64,000 nucleotides of DNA from an uncultured candidate division Zixibacteria bacterium (GCA_963664195.1 OY760907.1:3232001-3296000); one strand, 5' to 3'. Positions 47,356 through 57,776 are shown, numbered from the stretch's first letter. Notes: a model not told the origin generated them from the letters alone. Program-made: numbers and translations.

Positions 47356-48293
47356 CCTCACGAACTGCCAGAACCACCACGCTGTTGATTGTAGCGTTTT
47401 CGCTTGTCGCAAGTTTCTGGGGATGCGGCGGTCCCCCAAAAGTCGCCGGTCTTTCCGCACGTCAGCTCTATGATCAAGGCATGGACAAGTATGACCATGG
47501 AAAGTACTTGCATTCGATAGAGCTGTTTCAGGCCATAGTGTACAATTATCCGGGTGAATCGTTAATCGACACCGCCCAGTATTATCTGGCCCTGTCGTAC
47601 TACGGCAACAAGGATTACGGACTGGCCACCATTGAGTTCAACCGGTTGTTGATGAACTATCCGGCATCCGTATATGCGACTCAGGCGCAATTAATGAAGG
47701 GTGTTGCTTATTTTGAGAGTATCCCGGACAACTTCGGTCTCGACCAGAGCGACCTGCCGCAGGCCATTCAGCAATTCGAAGATTTCCTGATTGATCATCC
47801 CGAGTCGGATGCGGTTGAAGACGCCAAAGCGTATCTGAACACTGCTCGCTCCCGTCTCGCGCAGAAATACTATTCATCAGGGATTGTGTACACCCGCATC
47901 CGGGATTATAGGGCCTCCCGCATCTACTTCCAGAAAGTGATTGACGATTTCACCGATACTGAGTACGCCCCACTCGCGGCCTACCAGATTGCGGAGGGTG
48001 ACTTCCAATCAAAGAAGTGGGATGATGCCCACGATGAATTCGACAAGTTCAGCCTCGTTTTCTCCCAGCACGAAATGGCCCCAAAGGCTATCGAGCGCAA
48101 GTGTGAGGCTGCTTACAAGGGAGGCGAGGAGGCATTCAAAAAGGGTGACTTCGGTCTCGCCAAGACGCGTCTGGACCGCTACCTGCTCGTGTGCGGAGAC
48201 GATGAAGGCAAAGTCAAAAAGGCCAACGAATGGCTCGAACTAATTGGTGACGTTCCGGTGGTTGAGGCTGAGGGAGAACATGCCGGCTCCTGA
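47352..48293 (+). CDS. bamD: Outer membrane assembly lipoprotein BamD
   Basis: Lipobox FWGC; TPR repeats; LDQSD..AIQQFEDFL..HPES. Confidence 0.88.
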   Translation: MTSRTARTTTLLIVAFSLVASFWGCGGPPKVAGLSARQLYDQGMDKYDHGKYLHSIELFQAIVYNYPGESLIDTAQYYLALSYYGNKDYGLATIEFNRLLMNYPASVYATQAQLMKGVAYFESIPDNFGLDQSDLPQAIQQFEDFLIDHPESDAVEDAKAYLNTARSRLAQKYYSSGIVYTRIRDYRASRIYFQKVIDDFTDTEYAPLAAYQIAEGDFQSKKWDDAHDEFDKFSLVFSQHEMAPKAIERKCEAAYKGGEEAFKKGDFGLAKTRLDRYLLVCGDDEGKVKKANEWLELIGDVPVVEAEGEHAGS

Positions 48294-48888
48294 ACCGGGC
48301 CAGCGCTGGGGGATTCTGGGAGGCGTTTTTGATCCCGTCCATCGCGGCCATGTCAGTTTGGCTGAGGATATCTCGAAAGGACGCCGTCTCGACGGCGTTC
48401 TTTTTGTGCCATCCTACCGCCCCCCCCACAGACTGGAGGAGAGCCGGGCACCGTTTGAGGATCGTCTAAGCATGCTGCGATTGGCTCTCGCGGACCATCC
48501 GCGATTCATCACCAGCACAATTGAGCAGGAATCCGACGAACCTGGCTACACCTACAATACGGTCAGGGCTTTGAAACAACGTCACCCCGGCGTGGCATTC
48601 TCTTTTCTGATCGGGGCAGACAACGCGGAGAGCTTCAGGACCTGGTACAAATGGGAGAAGATTCTTGAAGAAGTTGTCCTGCTGGTGGGGTACCGACCGG
48701 GAGCGGATGTTCAGGCAGTGAAGTCGTTTCCGTCCGGGCGAATGGAATTAGTTGAGACGGGAGAATACGATCTCTCCTCCACCAGGATTCGCGAATGTGT
48801 TCTTCAGGGCGTGTCGGCGCGCGACTTGAAAGTTATGGTACCGGATGACGTGGCGGAGTACATTCTGAAAAACGAGTTATACCGATGA
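48280..48888 (+). CDS. nadD: Nicotinate-nucleotide adenylyltransferase
   Basis: GGVFDPVHRGH, PPHR, LIGAD, LSSTRIR. Confidence 0.93.
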   Translation: MPAPEPGQRWGILGGVFDPVHRGHVSLAEDISKGRRLDGVLFVPSYRPPHRLEESRAPFEDRLSMLRLALADHPRFITSTIEQESDEPGYTYNTVRALKQRHPGVAFSFLIGADNAESFRTWYKWEKILEEVVLLVGYRPGADVQAVKSFPSGRMELVETGEYDLSSTRIRECVLQGVSARDLKVMVPDDVAEYILKNELYR

Positions 48889-51614
48889 CTGAAAAGAAAA
48901 AACGGATATTCCTGATAGATGGCTCGGCAGTGTTCTACCGGGCCTACTTTGCTTTCATTCGTAACCCCCTGATCAACTCCAAGGGAGAGAACACGTCGGC
49001 CACTTACGGTCTGATCAATTCGCTGGCGAAGATCATCAGGGACGAATCTCCGGACTATCTGGCGATTGCTTTTGACACCAAAGCTCCGACCTTCCGACAT
49101 GAGATGTACAACGAGTACAAGTCCACTCGGGCCAAAATGCCGGAGGATCTCGTATCGCAATTGCCGCGCATTCATCAGGCGGTTGAAGTCCTGAATATCC
49201 CGTCCTTTGAGATGGAAGGCTACGAAGCGGATGATATTATCGGGACAATGGCCAAGGCGGCCGAGCGACAGGGATTCGAGGTCTGGTGTGTGACCGGCGA
49301 TAAGGACTATTTCCAACTGGTTAGTGAGAATATCGGTGTGTACTATCCGAAAAAGGTCTCGGAAGCCCCCGACAAGATGAAGCGAGAAGAGGTCAAGACG
49401 AAATTCGGCGTCTACCCCGAACTGGTGATCGACAAACTGGCCCTCATGGGGGATGCCTCGGATAACGTTCCCGGCGTACCGGGCGTGGGAGCCAAAACCG
49501 CCGACAAGTTGCTTGAGCAGTTTGGTTCACTCGAAGCCGTTCTGGAGAACTGCGACAAGATCAAAGCTAAAGGGGTGCGGGACAAAGTATCGAACAATAT
49601 CGAGCAGGCACGGCTGTCCAAGAAACTCGTGACAATTAAAACGGACGTGCCGGTCGAGTATGATCTCGAATCTCTCAAACGCCATCAACCGGAATTCGAG
49701 CCAGTCAAGAAACTCTTTGTGGAAATGGAGTTCACGCGGCTGATGAAAGAGTTTCTGCCGGAACCGGGATTGCTCGGAGGCTCGAAGGAAGAGACGGCTC
49801 CCAAGAAGACGAAGCAGTTCTATCATACTGTCACAACGCTGGACGAATTGAAAAAGCTCTGCGACGCCTTCAGCAAAGTCAAGGAGATCGCAGTCGACAC
49901 CGAGACAACTTCGATCAACACCCTGGAGGCTGAACTTGTCGGCGTGTCGCTGGCTGACCGCGCTCATACCGCGTACTACATCCCCCTGGGGCACTCAGGT
50001 GAGGGGGAAGAGAATCTTCCGTTTGACGATGCACTCAAGATCATCGGCAAGCTGCTTACGAACAAAAACGTCCAGAAAATCGGACAGAACATCAAGTACG
50101 ATCTGGAAGTCTTCCACCGCTACGGTCTTGATATTGAGCCGATTTCGTTTGACACGATGCTGGCCTCGTACGTACTAAACCCGTCGGGCCGTCGGCACTC
50201 GCTTGATGCTCTTGCGATGGAGCATTTCGACTACCAGATGCAGCCCATATCCGATTTGATAGGAAGTGGCAAATCGCAGAAGACATTTGATATCGTTCCG
50301 GTCAAGACGGCGACTTTCTACGCGGCCGAGGATGCCGACCTCACGTTTCAGTTGCGCGGAAAACAAGCTCCGTCGCTGGCAGAGCTGGAGCTTGAGAATC
50401 TCTACTACAACATAGAGCTGCCGCTGATCAAAGTGCTGGCGGATATGGAAGAGGCTGGAATCAAAGTAGATCACAAGTTCCTCGCCAAACTCTCAGGCAC
50501 AATGGACAAGAGCCTCCAGAAGATCATGCTGGAGATATACAAGATTGCAGGCGGCGAGTTTAATATCAACTCCACTCAGCAGTTGTCACATATCCTGTTT
50601 GAGAAGCTTGGACTCCCAACCAGGGGCAAAACGAAGAAAAAGACCGGCTACTCAACTGATGTCCGTGTGCTCGAAGAACTCGCGAGTCTTCACGATCTGC
50701 CGAAGATGATTCTTGAATACCGACAGTTGACCAAACTCAAGAGCACCTATATCGATGCCATCCCGCGCCTGATAAATCCCGAAACCGGGCGGGTGCATAC
50801 GTCGTTTAATCAGACGATAGCTGCCACGGGACGGTTGTCGTCGACCGATCCGAATCTTCAGAACATACCGATACGCACCGAAGAAGGGCGTCAGATCAGG
50901 AAAGCGTTTGTCCCGCGCGACAGCAACCACGTTCTGCTTGCGGCTGACTACTCGCAGATTGAGCTTCGCATTCTGGCGCATTATTCTGGCGACAAGGGAC
51001 TCGTGAGTGCCTTCAAAAACGCAGAGGATATCCATAGTCGCACGGCGGCAGAGGTGTTTGGGGTTGACCTCAAAGACGTCACTCGCGAACAACGAGGCGT
51101 GGCTAAGACAACAAATTTCTCTGTCATATACGGCGTGTCGGCGTTTGGGCTGTCACAGCAGACGGGAATGAAAGTAGACGAAGCAGGCAAGTTCATCGAC
51201 ACTTATTTCGCGCGCTATCCCGGTATCAAAACGTACATGGATGAGACACTTGAATTCGCTCGCAAGAACGGCTATGTCACGACTATGTTCAACCGTCGAC
51301 GGTACCTGCCTGAAATCAACGAGAAGAACCGCAATGTCCGTCAGTTCGCCGAAAGAACCGCGATCAACACACCGATTCAGGGGACGGCGGCGGACATCAT
51401 CAAAAAGGCGATGATCGACATTCATAAAAAGATGAAGAACATGCGCTCAAAGATGGTTCTTCAAGTGCACGACGAGCTGGTGTTCGACGTCCATAAGGAG
51501 GAACTCGAAGAGATGCAGGAGTTGGTCCGTTCGGGTATGGAGAAGGCGGTCAAGCTGAAGGTGCCGGTGGTGGCAGATATGGCAATCGGCGCCAACTGGC
51601 TGGAGGCGAAGTAA
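48885..51614 (+). CDS. polA: DNA polymerase I
   Basis: 5'-3' exo (EADD, GDASDN), 3'-5' exo (DTETT, YAAEDA), polymerase (GRLSS..PNLQNIP, DYSQIELR, QVHDE). Confidence 0.98.
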   Translation: MTEKKKRIFLIDGSAVFYRAYFAFIRNPLINSKGENTSATYGLINSLAKIIRDESPDYLAIAFDTKAPTFRHEMYNEYKSTRAKMPEDLVSQLPRIHQAVEVLNIPSFEMEGYEADDIIGTMAKAAERQGFEVWCVTGDKDYFQLVSENIGVYYPKKVSEAPDKMKREEVKTKFGVYPELVIDKLALMGDASDNVPGVPGVGAKTADKLLEQFGSLEAVLENCDKIKAKGVRDKVSNNIEQARLSKKLVTIKTDVPVEYDLESLKRHQPEFEPVKKLFVEMEFTRLMKEFLPEPGLLGGSKEETAPKKTKQFYHTVTTLDELKKLCDAFSKVKEIAVDTETTSINTLEAELVGVSLADRAHTAYYIPLGHSGEGEENLPFDDALKIIGKLLTNKNVQKIGQNIKYDLEVFHRYGLDIEPISFDTMLASYVLNPSGRRHSLDALAMEHFDYQMQPISDLIGSGKSQKTFDIVPVKTATFYAAEDADLTFQLRGKQAPSLAELELENLYYNIELPLIKVLADMEEAGIKVDHKFLAKLSGTMDKSLQKIMLEIYKIAGGEFNINSTQQLSHILFEKLGLPTRGKTKKKTGYSTDVRVLEELASLHDLPKMILEYRQLTKLKSTYIDAIPRLINPETGRVHTSFNQTIAATGRLSSTDPNLQNIPIRTEEGRQIRKAFVPRDSNHVLLAADYSQIELRILAHYSGDKGLVSAFKNAEDIHSRTAAEVFGVDLKDVTREQRGVAKTTNFSVIYGVSAFGLSQQTGMKVDEAGKFIDTYFARYPGIKTYMDETLEFARKNGYVTTMFNRRRYLPEINEKNRNVRQFAERTAINTPIQGTAADIIKKAMIDIHKKMKNMRSKMVLQVHDELVFDVHKEELEEMQELVRSGMEKAVKLKVPVVADMAIGANWLEAK

Positions 51615-51641
51615 GGGGAGGTGCTCGTGCACGGCTTGTGC

Positions 51642-51670
51642 TTGCATCGGGAGGCAGTCAGTGGTAATAT
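51642..51670 (+). promoter_or_regulatory. Putative sigma-70 promoter
   Basis: TTGCAT-17 nt-TAATAT with extended -10 TG. Confidence 0.5.
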
Positions 51671-51692
51671 AGGGGAGACACACGAAGGGGAG

Positions 51693-52343
51693 ATGTGTGG
51701 CATGAGACAGGTCATTGGTCTTGCAGTTCTATTTGCCGCTATCGTCTGTTGCGGCACGAGCGCTCTTGCAGGTGAGGTTGTCTTCAAAGACCTCAAGGGC
51801 CGGACATTCACAGAGCCGCGCCAACAGATCGGGTTCAGTGTCGGATATCGTACGGACGAACGTTCTTACACCAGTTCTAATCCTCAGTTCACTCTGCAGT
51901 TTCTACATTTCCTTGCACCTGCTCTGGCTCTGAAAGCCGACCTGGGATTCACGGACCGGACGAAGTTCGGCGACGGTTCGCACGCCCGATCGTACTCCTA
52001 CGGAGCGGGCTTCCGATTTCAGCGACCAGAGAAACTGATTACTCCGTGGGGTGAACTTGGACTGGTCATCCATACATACCAGGCATCTTCCGTTGGGAAC
52101 AGTTCTTCCTACAGCAGAACCGGCGTTCTGGGCAGAGCAGGTTTCTCCTTCAGGCTGAGCAATAACTCTCAAATCGACCTGGGCGCGGAACATGTACTCA
52201 ATAGTACATCCGATTACACGCTCGCGGATAGCGGCCCTATGCCTCCGGCTCCCGGACACCTGCCCTGCTGCGGGACATCAGCAGTGTCTGACAAGCTATT
52301 CAACCCGACTCACGTTTTCGTACGCTATCGATTCGGATTATGA
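51693..52343 (+). CDS. Small outer-membrane beta-barrel protein
   Basis: Signal peptide; alternating beta strands; C-terminal VRYRFGL. Confidence 0.7.
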   Translation: MCGMRQVIGLAVLFAAIVCCGTSALAGEVVFKDLKGRTFTEPRQQIGFSVGYRTDERSYTSSNPQFTLQFLHFLAPALALKADLGFTDRTKFGDGSHARSYSYGAGFRFQRPEKLITPWGELGLVIHTYQASSVGNSSSYSRTGVLGRAGFSFRLSNNSQIDLGAEHVLNSTSDYTLADSGPMPPAPGHLPCCGTSAVSDKLFNPTHVFVRYRFGL

Positions 52344-52422
52344 GCCGACAGAACGGCAACCGGACAGTATTTGACAACGTATATATTTATGGACTAAACG
52401 ATAACTGCCGGAGTGCAAGACA

Positions 52423-53061
52423 ATGAGACACTTGGTGATGCTAGTTCTTTTCATGTTACCACTCAGCGGCTATGCCGGGGTGGAACGGGTAGAGATTTCA
52501 CCTTCGGTGATGGTTAATCTTGCTGAAGGGCACTCCGGCACGTTTATGGGAGGAGCGTTGACCGGCGACGTATTTTTCGCGCGCGGCGTGGCGATCCGGA
52601 CCACAATCGGACTCACAAAGTCACGATACTATCCGGCCGAACTGGATTACAACGAGGCGGACTACGGCTTCTGGCTGTCGTTTGCGCCGTATATTGAGAT
52701 GTTCTCCGGCGAGCGCGTCAGGCCCTATCTGGCGGTGCTCGGAACGTTCAGTACGAGCGGAGAGTATGCGGGCAATCCGGGCGCTCCTGCATTTGGGCTA
52801 GATCGAGCACCCGTTTCACGTCTGCAATATGACGCGAGGGATCAATCGTTCTATTCGCTTGGATTGAGTCTCGGCAGCAAGTTTCAGGTAGTCGGCCCCG
52901 TATCTGTCTTCGGCGAGTTCACGCATTACTTCTTTTCGAGTATCTCCGACGATGTGGTCTATTTCGGGCCGGAACTCGGCCCCTTTGGGAGAGAGTACGA
53001 TTTCGAGCACAACCCGACTTATTTGTCGTTTGGGCTATCGTATTCTTTCGAGATACAGTAG
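52423..53061 (+). CDS. Small outer-membrane beta-barrel protein
   Basis: Signal peptide; VRPYL strand; C-terminal FGLSYSF. Confidence 0.72.
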   Translation: MRHLVMLVLFMLPLSGYAGVERVEISPSVMVNLAEGHSGTFMGGALTGDVFFARGVAIRTTIGLTKSRYYPAELDYNEADYGFWLSFAPYIEMFSGERVRPYLAVLGTFSTSGEYAGNPGAPAFGLDRAPVSRLQYDARDQSFYSLGLSLGSKFQVVGPVSVFGEFTHYFFSSISDDVVYFGPELGPFGREYDFEHNPTYLSFGLSYSFEIQ

Positions 53062-53150
53062 GGCAGATCAGCCCCGCAAGTGGCGGCCTCGAAACCGCCA
53101 ATGTCCTCGCAGGTCTGAAGACCGCCACTGGCGGCGTTGACCTTCGCTAC
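53058..53150. repeat. Inverted pair of GTAG REP-like units (GTAG...CTAC)
   Basis: Left GTAGGGCAGATC..; right unit reads GTAGCGAAGGTC..CCGCCAGTGGCGG-TCTT-CAGACCTGCG on minus strand. Confidence 0.65.
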
Positions 53151-53253
53151 GAAGACAAGTCCAGCCGGGGCGGCCTAGCCGCTCCAATCCTCCATTAATT
53201 CGAATGAATCACCGGTCTTGTTATCCAGGCTGTTTTGTGCTTTATTCTCTCCT

Positions 53254-53871
53254 ATGATAATCGGGTTGACCGGACAAATAGGCGCAGGGAAGAGCGTGGC
53301 GGCTCAAATGCTCGCCGAGTTTGGGGCGCATGTGGTCGATGCGGACCTGATTGGCAAACGGGTCGTTGATCAATCCCCGGCGCTGCGCAAGCGGCTGGCG
53401 AAGGCTTTTGGCGCGGACATTCTGAAGCCGGACGGGACGCTTAATCGCAAGAAGCTGGCAGCGCGTGCATTCGTGGATGAACAGACCAAGCGCACGCTCA
53501 ACGACCTGGTTCATCCGCATTTGCTCAAGGAGCTTCGCGGGCAAGTCAAGCAGGCAACTAAGACGTACGCTGTCGTCGTAATCGATGCGGCCCTGCTGCT
53601 GTACTGGGGACTTGAGAAAGAGGTCGACTCGGTGCTGGTGATACACACCTCGCGAGAACGCCGCTACGCTCGTATGGCCGAACGAGGAATCTCCAGAACT
53701 GACGCTGCCGCACGAGAGAAAGCGCAATTGCCATTCGCGGAATTCCGCTCCAAGGCCGATTTCCTGCTGCTGAATAATCAAAACATAGAGAGACTTCTGA
53801 CCAAACTGGCGAGAGTCTGGAGACGCCTGACGGGTGAACCGGCTCCTCAATCACAGGTGAGTGCTACGTGA
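53254..53871 (+). CDS. coaE: Dephospho-CoA kinase
   Basis: IGLTGQIGAGKS, DAD, LNRKKLA, VHP, DAALL. Confidence 0.94.
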   Translation: MIIGLTGQIGAGKSVAAQMLAEFGAHVVDADLIGKRVVDQSPALRKRLAKAFGADILKPDGTLNRKKLAARAFVDEQTKRTLNDLVHPHLLKELRGQVKQATKTYAVVVIDAALLLYWGLEKEVDSVLVIHTSRERRYARMAERGISRTDAAAREKAQLPFAEFRSKADFLLLNNQNIERLLTKLARVWRRLTGEPAPQSQVSAT

Positions 53872-53873
53872 CA

Positions 53874-55856
53874 ATGAAAGATTACTCCATAGACGAACTG
53901 ATCGAACGCGCCGCTTACATGCGCGGTCTCAACGAAATCGCCCTCTGTTCGGCCGGCTCCGGCCATTCCGGCGGGACGCTGGGAGTAATGGATATCGCGG
54001 CGGCGCTGTACCTCAAAATCGCTCGCCATAACCCGAACGACCCTTTGTGGGCAGAACGGGACCGCATCATCTGGTCTGCCGGACACAAGGCACCCGCGCT
54101 ATACACCTCATTGGCCGTCTCAGGCTATTTCCCGGAACGTGAGTTAATGAAACTCCGCATGCTCGGGTCACCGTTCCAGGGCCATCCGCACTGGAGGGAC
54201 TTGCCGGGCGTGGAGTTTTCCACCGGATCGCTCGGGCAAGGGTTGTCCCTGGGGGTTGGCGTGGCATTGGCGGCGAGGTTGAATCAAGAGAATCATCGGG
54301 TGTTCGTTATCTGTTCCGACGGTGAACAGCAGGAAGGATCTATCTGGGAGTCGGTGATGTCCGCCGCACATTATCACCTGGACAATCTCGTTGTCATCAT
54401 AGACAAGAATCGGCTGCAAATCGACGGCGCCTGCGACGATGTAATGCGAATAGACTCACTGGTCGAGAAGTACCGCTCGTTCAACTGGGAAGTGGTTGAA
54501 GTCGACGGCCACGACATGCAAGACGTCGTCACAAAACTGGACGACGCACGGAACCACAATAACTCCGGCCAGCCGGTCGCACTGATCTGCCATACCAACA
54601 AAGGCCGGGGCGTGTCGTTCATGGAAAACGCGCTCGGATGGCACGGCAAGGCGCCGAACAGGGAGGAACTCGACAGAGCCCTGATTGAACTCGGCGTAGC
54701 CGACAAGTTTGATGTCGACGCTCTCCTGGCGTACGGAAAACAATACGAGGACAAAGTCGAACGTGAGATCACGGGGGAGATGCCGCAGTTTTCGAAGGAC
54801 TACTGGTGGAATGAATCCCCGAACATGCAGGTCGTCATGCAACCAACCCGTAAGGGGTTCGGCGCGGCACTGTACAAGCACGGCGACGACGAACGGATTG
54901 TCTGCATCGGGGCCGATATCTCCGATTCAATCTGCATCTCCGATTTTCACAGGGACCATCCGGAGCGCGCCCGACGTTTCATCTCGGTCGGAATCGCGGA
55001 GCAGAATGCAACCACGGTCGCGGCCGGTCTCGCCAAAGAAGGAAAAATCCCGGTGTTCGGCACCTATGGCGTTTTCTCCTCGGCGCGCAACCTCGATCAA
55101 CTTCGCGTCTCCGTATGCTACAGCAACTTGAACGTGCTGACAGTTGGTGCTCACGGGGGTATATCGGTCGGACCGGACGGAGCCACCCATCAAGAACTGG
55201 AATCAATGTTCCAGATAACGGGCCTTCCGAATATGAATATGGGGGTGCCGTGCGATGTCATTGAGACTGAGAAGATGACGCGTGCGATGCTGTTTGATAT
55301 TGTCGGTCCGAAGTATCTCCGGTTCGCTCGTGAGGCAACACCGATCATCACGAGAGAGGATTCGCCGTTCGAATTCGGCAAAGCGAATGTCTTTAGATTC
55401 CGCAGCGTGGCACAGCAACTGGTTGATGCCTTTGACGTAGCCCTCGCATCTGAATACCGGTCCGAAAACGAGGCACTGACAATCATATCGTGTGGGCCGG
55501 AGACCGCCGAGGCGATCAGAGCCGCTTATCTACTCAAATGCGAACATGACATCGAGACCCGTGTGCTGCACCTTCACACGGTCAAGCCGCTCGACCGCGA
55601 TGCGATAATTCGCGCCGCCGGCGAAACCGGTGCAATCATTACTGCCGAGGAACACCAGGTCGGAGGATTGGGCAATCGCATCGCGGCCGTATTGGCAGCA
55701 GACTCTTCTCTGGACATGAGAGGCCTCAAGCCGTTTGCGATGATCGGAGTGCAGGACAGGTTCGGGGAGTCGGGGAAGCCGTGGCAGTTGATTAAGAAGT
55801 TCGGGCTGGCGGCGGAGCATATCGCTCAGAAAGCGATCACGATTCTCTCGCTATAG
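53874..55856 (+). CDS. tkt: Transketolase, single-chain fusion of split-type N and C halves
   Basis: SGHSGG, SAGH, QGHP, STGSLGQG, DGEQQEG, GIAEQN, DGATHQ, TVKPLD, EEH. Confidence 0.92.
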   Translation: MKDYSIDELIERAAYMRGLNEIALCSAGSGHSGGTLGVMDIAAALYLKIARHNPNDPLWAERDRIIWSAGHKAPALYTSLAVSGYFPERELMKLRMLGSPFQGHPHWRDLPGVEFSTGSLGQGLSLGVGVALAARLNQENHRVFVICSDGEQQEGSIWESVMSAAHYHLDNLVVIIDKNRLQIDGACDDVMRIDSLVEKYRSFNWEVVEVDGHDMQDVVTKLDDARNHNNSGQPVALICHTNKGRGVSFMENALGWHGKAPNREELDRALIELGVADKFDVDALLAYGKQYEDKVEREITGEMPQFSKDYWWNESPNMQVVMQPTRKGFGAALYKHGDDERIVCIGADISDSICISDFHRDHPERARRFISVGIAEQNATTVAAGLAKEGKIPVFGTYGVFSSARNLDQLRVSVCYSNLNVLTVGAHGGISVGPDGATHQELESMFQITGLPNMNMGVPCDVIETEKMTRAMLFDIVGPKYLRFAREATPIITREDSPFEFGKANVFRFRSVAQQLVDAFDVALASEYRSENEALTIISCGPETAEAIRAAYLLKCEHDIETRVLHLHTVKPLDRDAIIRAAGETGAIITAEEHQVGGLGNRIAAVLAADSSLDMRGLKPFAMIGVQDRFGESGKPWQLIKKFGLAAEHIAQKAITILSL

Positions 55857-55883
55857 AGTTGTCTTTCATGGCGTGCAGTAGAC

Positions 55884-55910
55884 AAACCGGGTGGTTTCGC
55901 CCGGTTTTTT
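55884..55910 (+). terminator. Intrinsic terminator
   Basis: AAACCGGGTG-GTTT-CGCCCGGTTTTTT. Confidence 0.85.
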
Positions 55911-55946
55911 GTTGCTCAATTTCGCGCGAACAGGCAATCTTGAACT

Positions 55947-56747
55947 ATGAGATACGCGTATGTCGTCTCGAACCTGATTGATCTGTGGGCAGAACCCCGG
56001 TTCAACAGCGAACGAATCAGCCAACTGTTCTTCGGCGAACCGCTTGTGGTAACGTCGACCCGCATGGGATTCTGTCGTGTCCGACAAACGGATGGCTACA
56101 CGGGATGGGCAGATTCCCGCCAGCTAGCTGCGTTTGCTTCAACAAAAGAGTATCGGAAGTACGCTGAGGGCACCAACGCGGCTGTCGCGCACGGCCCTGC
56201 AAAAGTGTATGATAGAGGAGGACGCAATTCGGTCGAACCGTTTTTCCTTTACTACGGCACTCCACTGCACGTCGGGAACACGCCCGGAACTCTGGCGACC
56301 GTGAGCCTATCGGATAGCCAAAAAGTGTTCGTTAAATCACAACGAGTCAGGCGTTTGGCGGGTAATACTTGTAGAAGCATTGTAGGCGCTGATCTGGTCC
56401 GCGAGGCACAGAAGTTCCTCGGCGTTCCGTATCTCTGGGGCGGCATCTCGCCGGCAGGATTCGACTGCTCCGGGTTGGTGCGCACTGTCTGCGGCAGTTT
56501 CGGACTAAAACTGCCTCGCGACACGAAAGATCAGATTAGGTGTGGCATTGAAATTGGCCGCGACGAGGCAAAACCAGGAGACCTGTTGTTCTTCAAGCGT
56601 CATGTCGGACTGTCGATGGGCGGATCGAGGATCATCCATTCCTCCGTAGGAGGGGGAGGCGTGAGGATTAACTCACTGCACGTTGGTGACGATGACTATC
56701 GTAAGGACCTCGACGACAGCTTTGTAACCGCCAGGAGGATATTGTGA
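55947..56747 (+). CDS. SH3 + NlpC/P60 gamma-D-glutamyl peptidase (YkfC-like)
   Basis: SQLFFGE, DGYTGW, PYLWGG, FDCSG, HVG, IIHS. Confidence 0.9.
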   Translation: MRYAYVVSNLIDLWAEPRFNSERISQLFFGEPLVVTSTRMGFCRVRQTDGYTGWADSRQLAAFASTKEYRKYAEGTNAAVAHGPAKVYDRGGRNSVEPFFLYYGTPLHVGNTPGTLATVSLSDSQKVFVKSQRVRRLAGNTCRSIVGADLVREAQKFLGVPYLWGGISPAGFDCSGLVRTVCGSFGLKLPRDTKDQIRCGIEIGRDEAKPGDLLFFKRHVGLSMGGSRIIHSSVGGGGVRINSLHVGDDDYRKDLDDSFVTARRIL

Positions 56748-57775
56748 TAGAAGTTGAAACCGTGAGATTGGCTCTTCCGCTCAAGACGAAGTTCTCGGTG
56801 GCCAGAGGAGAGGCTGACACCAAAATCAACGTGATCGCTATCCTGAACAATAGATATAGCGGCGAGGCGGCAGCCTCCGTCCAGTACGGCCCTACTATTG
56901 AAGAGATAGAGAAGGACCTTCGCAGGGGCATCGGGCATTTGAAGCGCCGGAAGAAGCTTGATCTCGAAACCCTGCAGGCGATTTCAAAATACAAGATTCA
57001 TCCGATTGCCCGTTCAGCTCTGACCGGCATGGTGCTGAACTACATTTCCGGCGAGACCCATCGGTATCCGTGGGAGATTCTTTCTCTTGGCGCACCAGTG
57101 GGCATTCGCAATTCGAATACTATCAGCATAGATGAGCCGACTGCGGTGATTGACGCGATCAATGCCAGCACCTGTTCGGTAGTGAAAGTCAAGATGGGCT
57201 CGGACTATGACCGGGACCTGATCGTACGTCTGAAAGAGATCGAGGACAAGGAAATCCGCATCGATGCCAACGGCGGCTGGGAGCCTGAGAAGGCCGAAGA
57301 GATGATTTATTACCTCAACAAGCAGGGTATCACCGTTATCGAACAGCCGACCGACATCGAACACGTATCCGATTGGCCGCATCTCAAGCCGAAGGATTCC
57401 GAAGTCGAATTGATCCTTGACGAAGGGCTGGAGACGCCCTCGGACTATGACAGGTACGCGGCACATATCGACGGTGTCAATATCAAGATGGAAAAGAGCG
57501 GTGGGATTATCGATGCCAGTCGGATTGCCAGCATTGCTCGACAGGACGGCAAGAAGGTCATGCTTGGGTGTATGGTGGAATCCTCGGTCGGTATAGCGCA
57601 GTCAGTGTATATGTCGTCGCTGGCTGACTATCATGATCTGGATGCTCCCCAATTGCTCGAGAACGATATTGCCAACGGGATTGTTTACGAGAAGGATACG
57701 ATCGTTGTCGACCGTGAGATTATCGGCGGTCCGTCACTGAAAAGGGAACTCGTTGAAAAGTACATTCGGGACTAG
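56744..57775 (+). CDS. Dipeptide (L-Ala-D/L-Glu) epimerase, enolase superfamily
   Basis: KVKMG, DAN, EQP, DE, NIK, GCM.ES, DLD. Confidence 0.88.
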   Translation: MIEVETVRLALPLKTKFSVARGEADTKINVIAILNNRYSGEAAASVQYGPTIEEIEKDLRRGIGHLKRRKKLDLETLQAISKYKIHPIARSALTGMVLNYISGETHRYPWEILSLGAPVGIRNSNTISIDEPTAVIDAINASTCSVVKVKMGSDYDRDLIVRLKEIEDKEIRIDANGGWEPEKAEEMIYYLNKQGITVIEQPTDIEHVSDWPHLKPKDSEVELILDEGLETPSDYDRYAAHIDGVNIKMEKSGGIIDASRIASIARQDGKKVMLGCMVESSVGIAQSVYMSSLADYHDLDAPQLLENDIANGIVYEKDTIVVDREIIGGPSLKRELVEKYIRD

Positions 57776-57776
57776 C

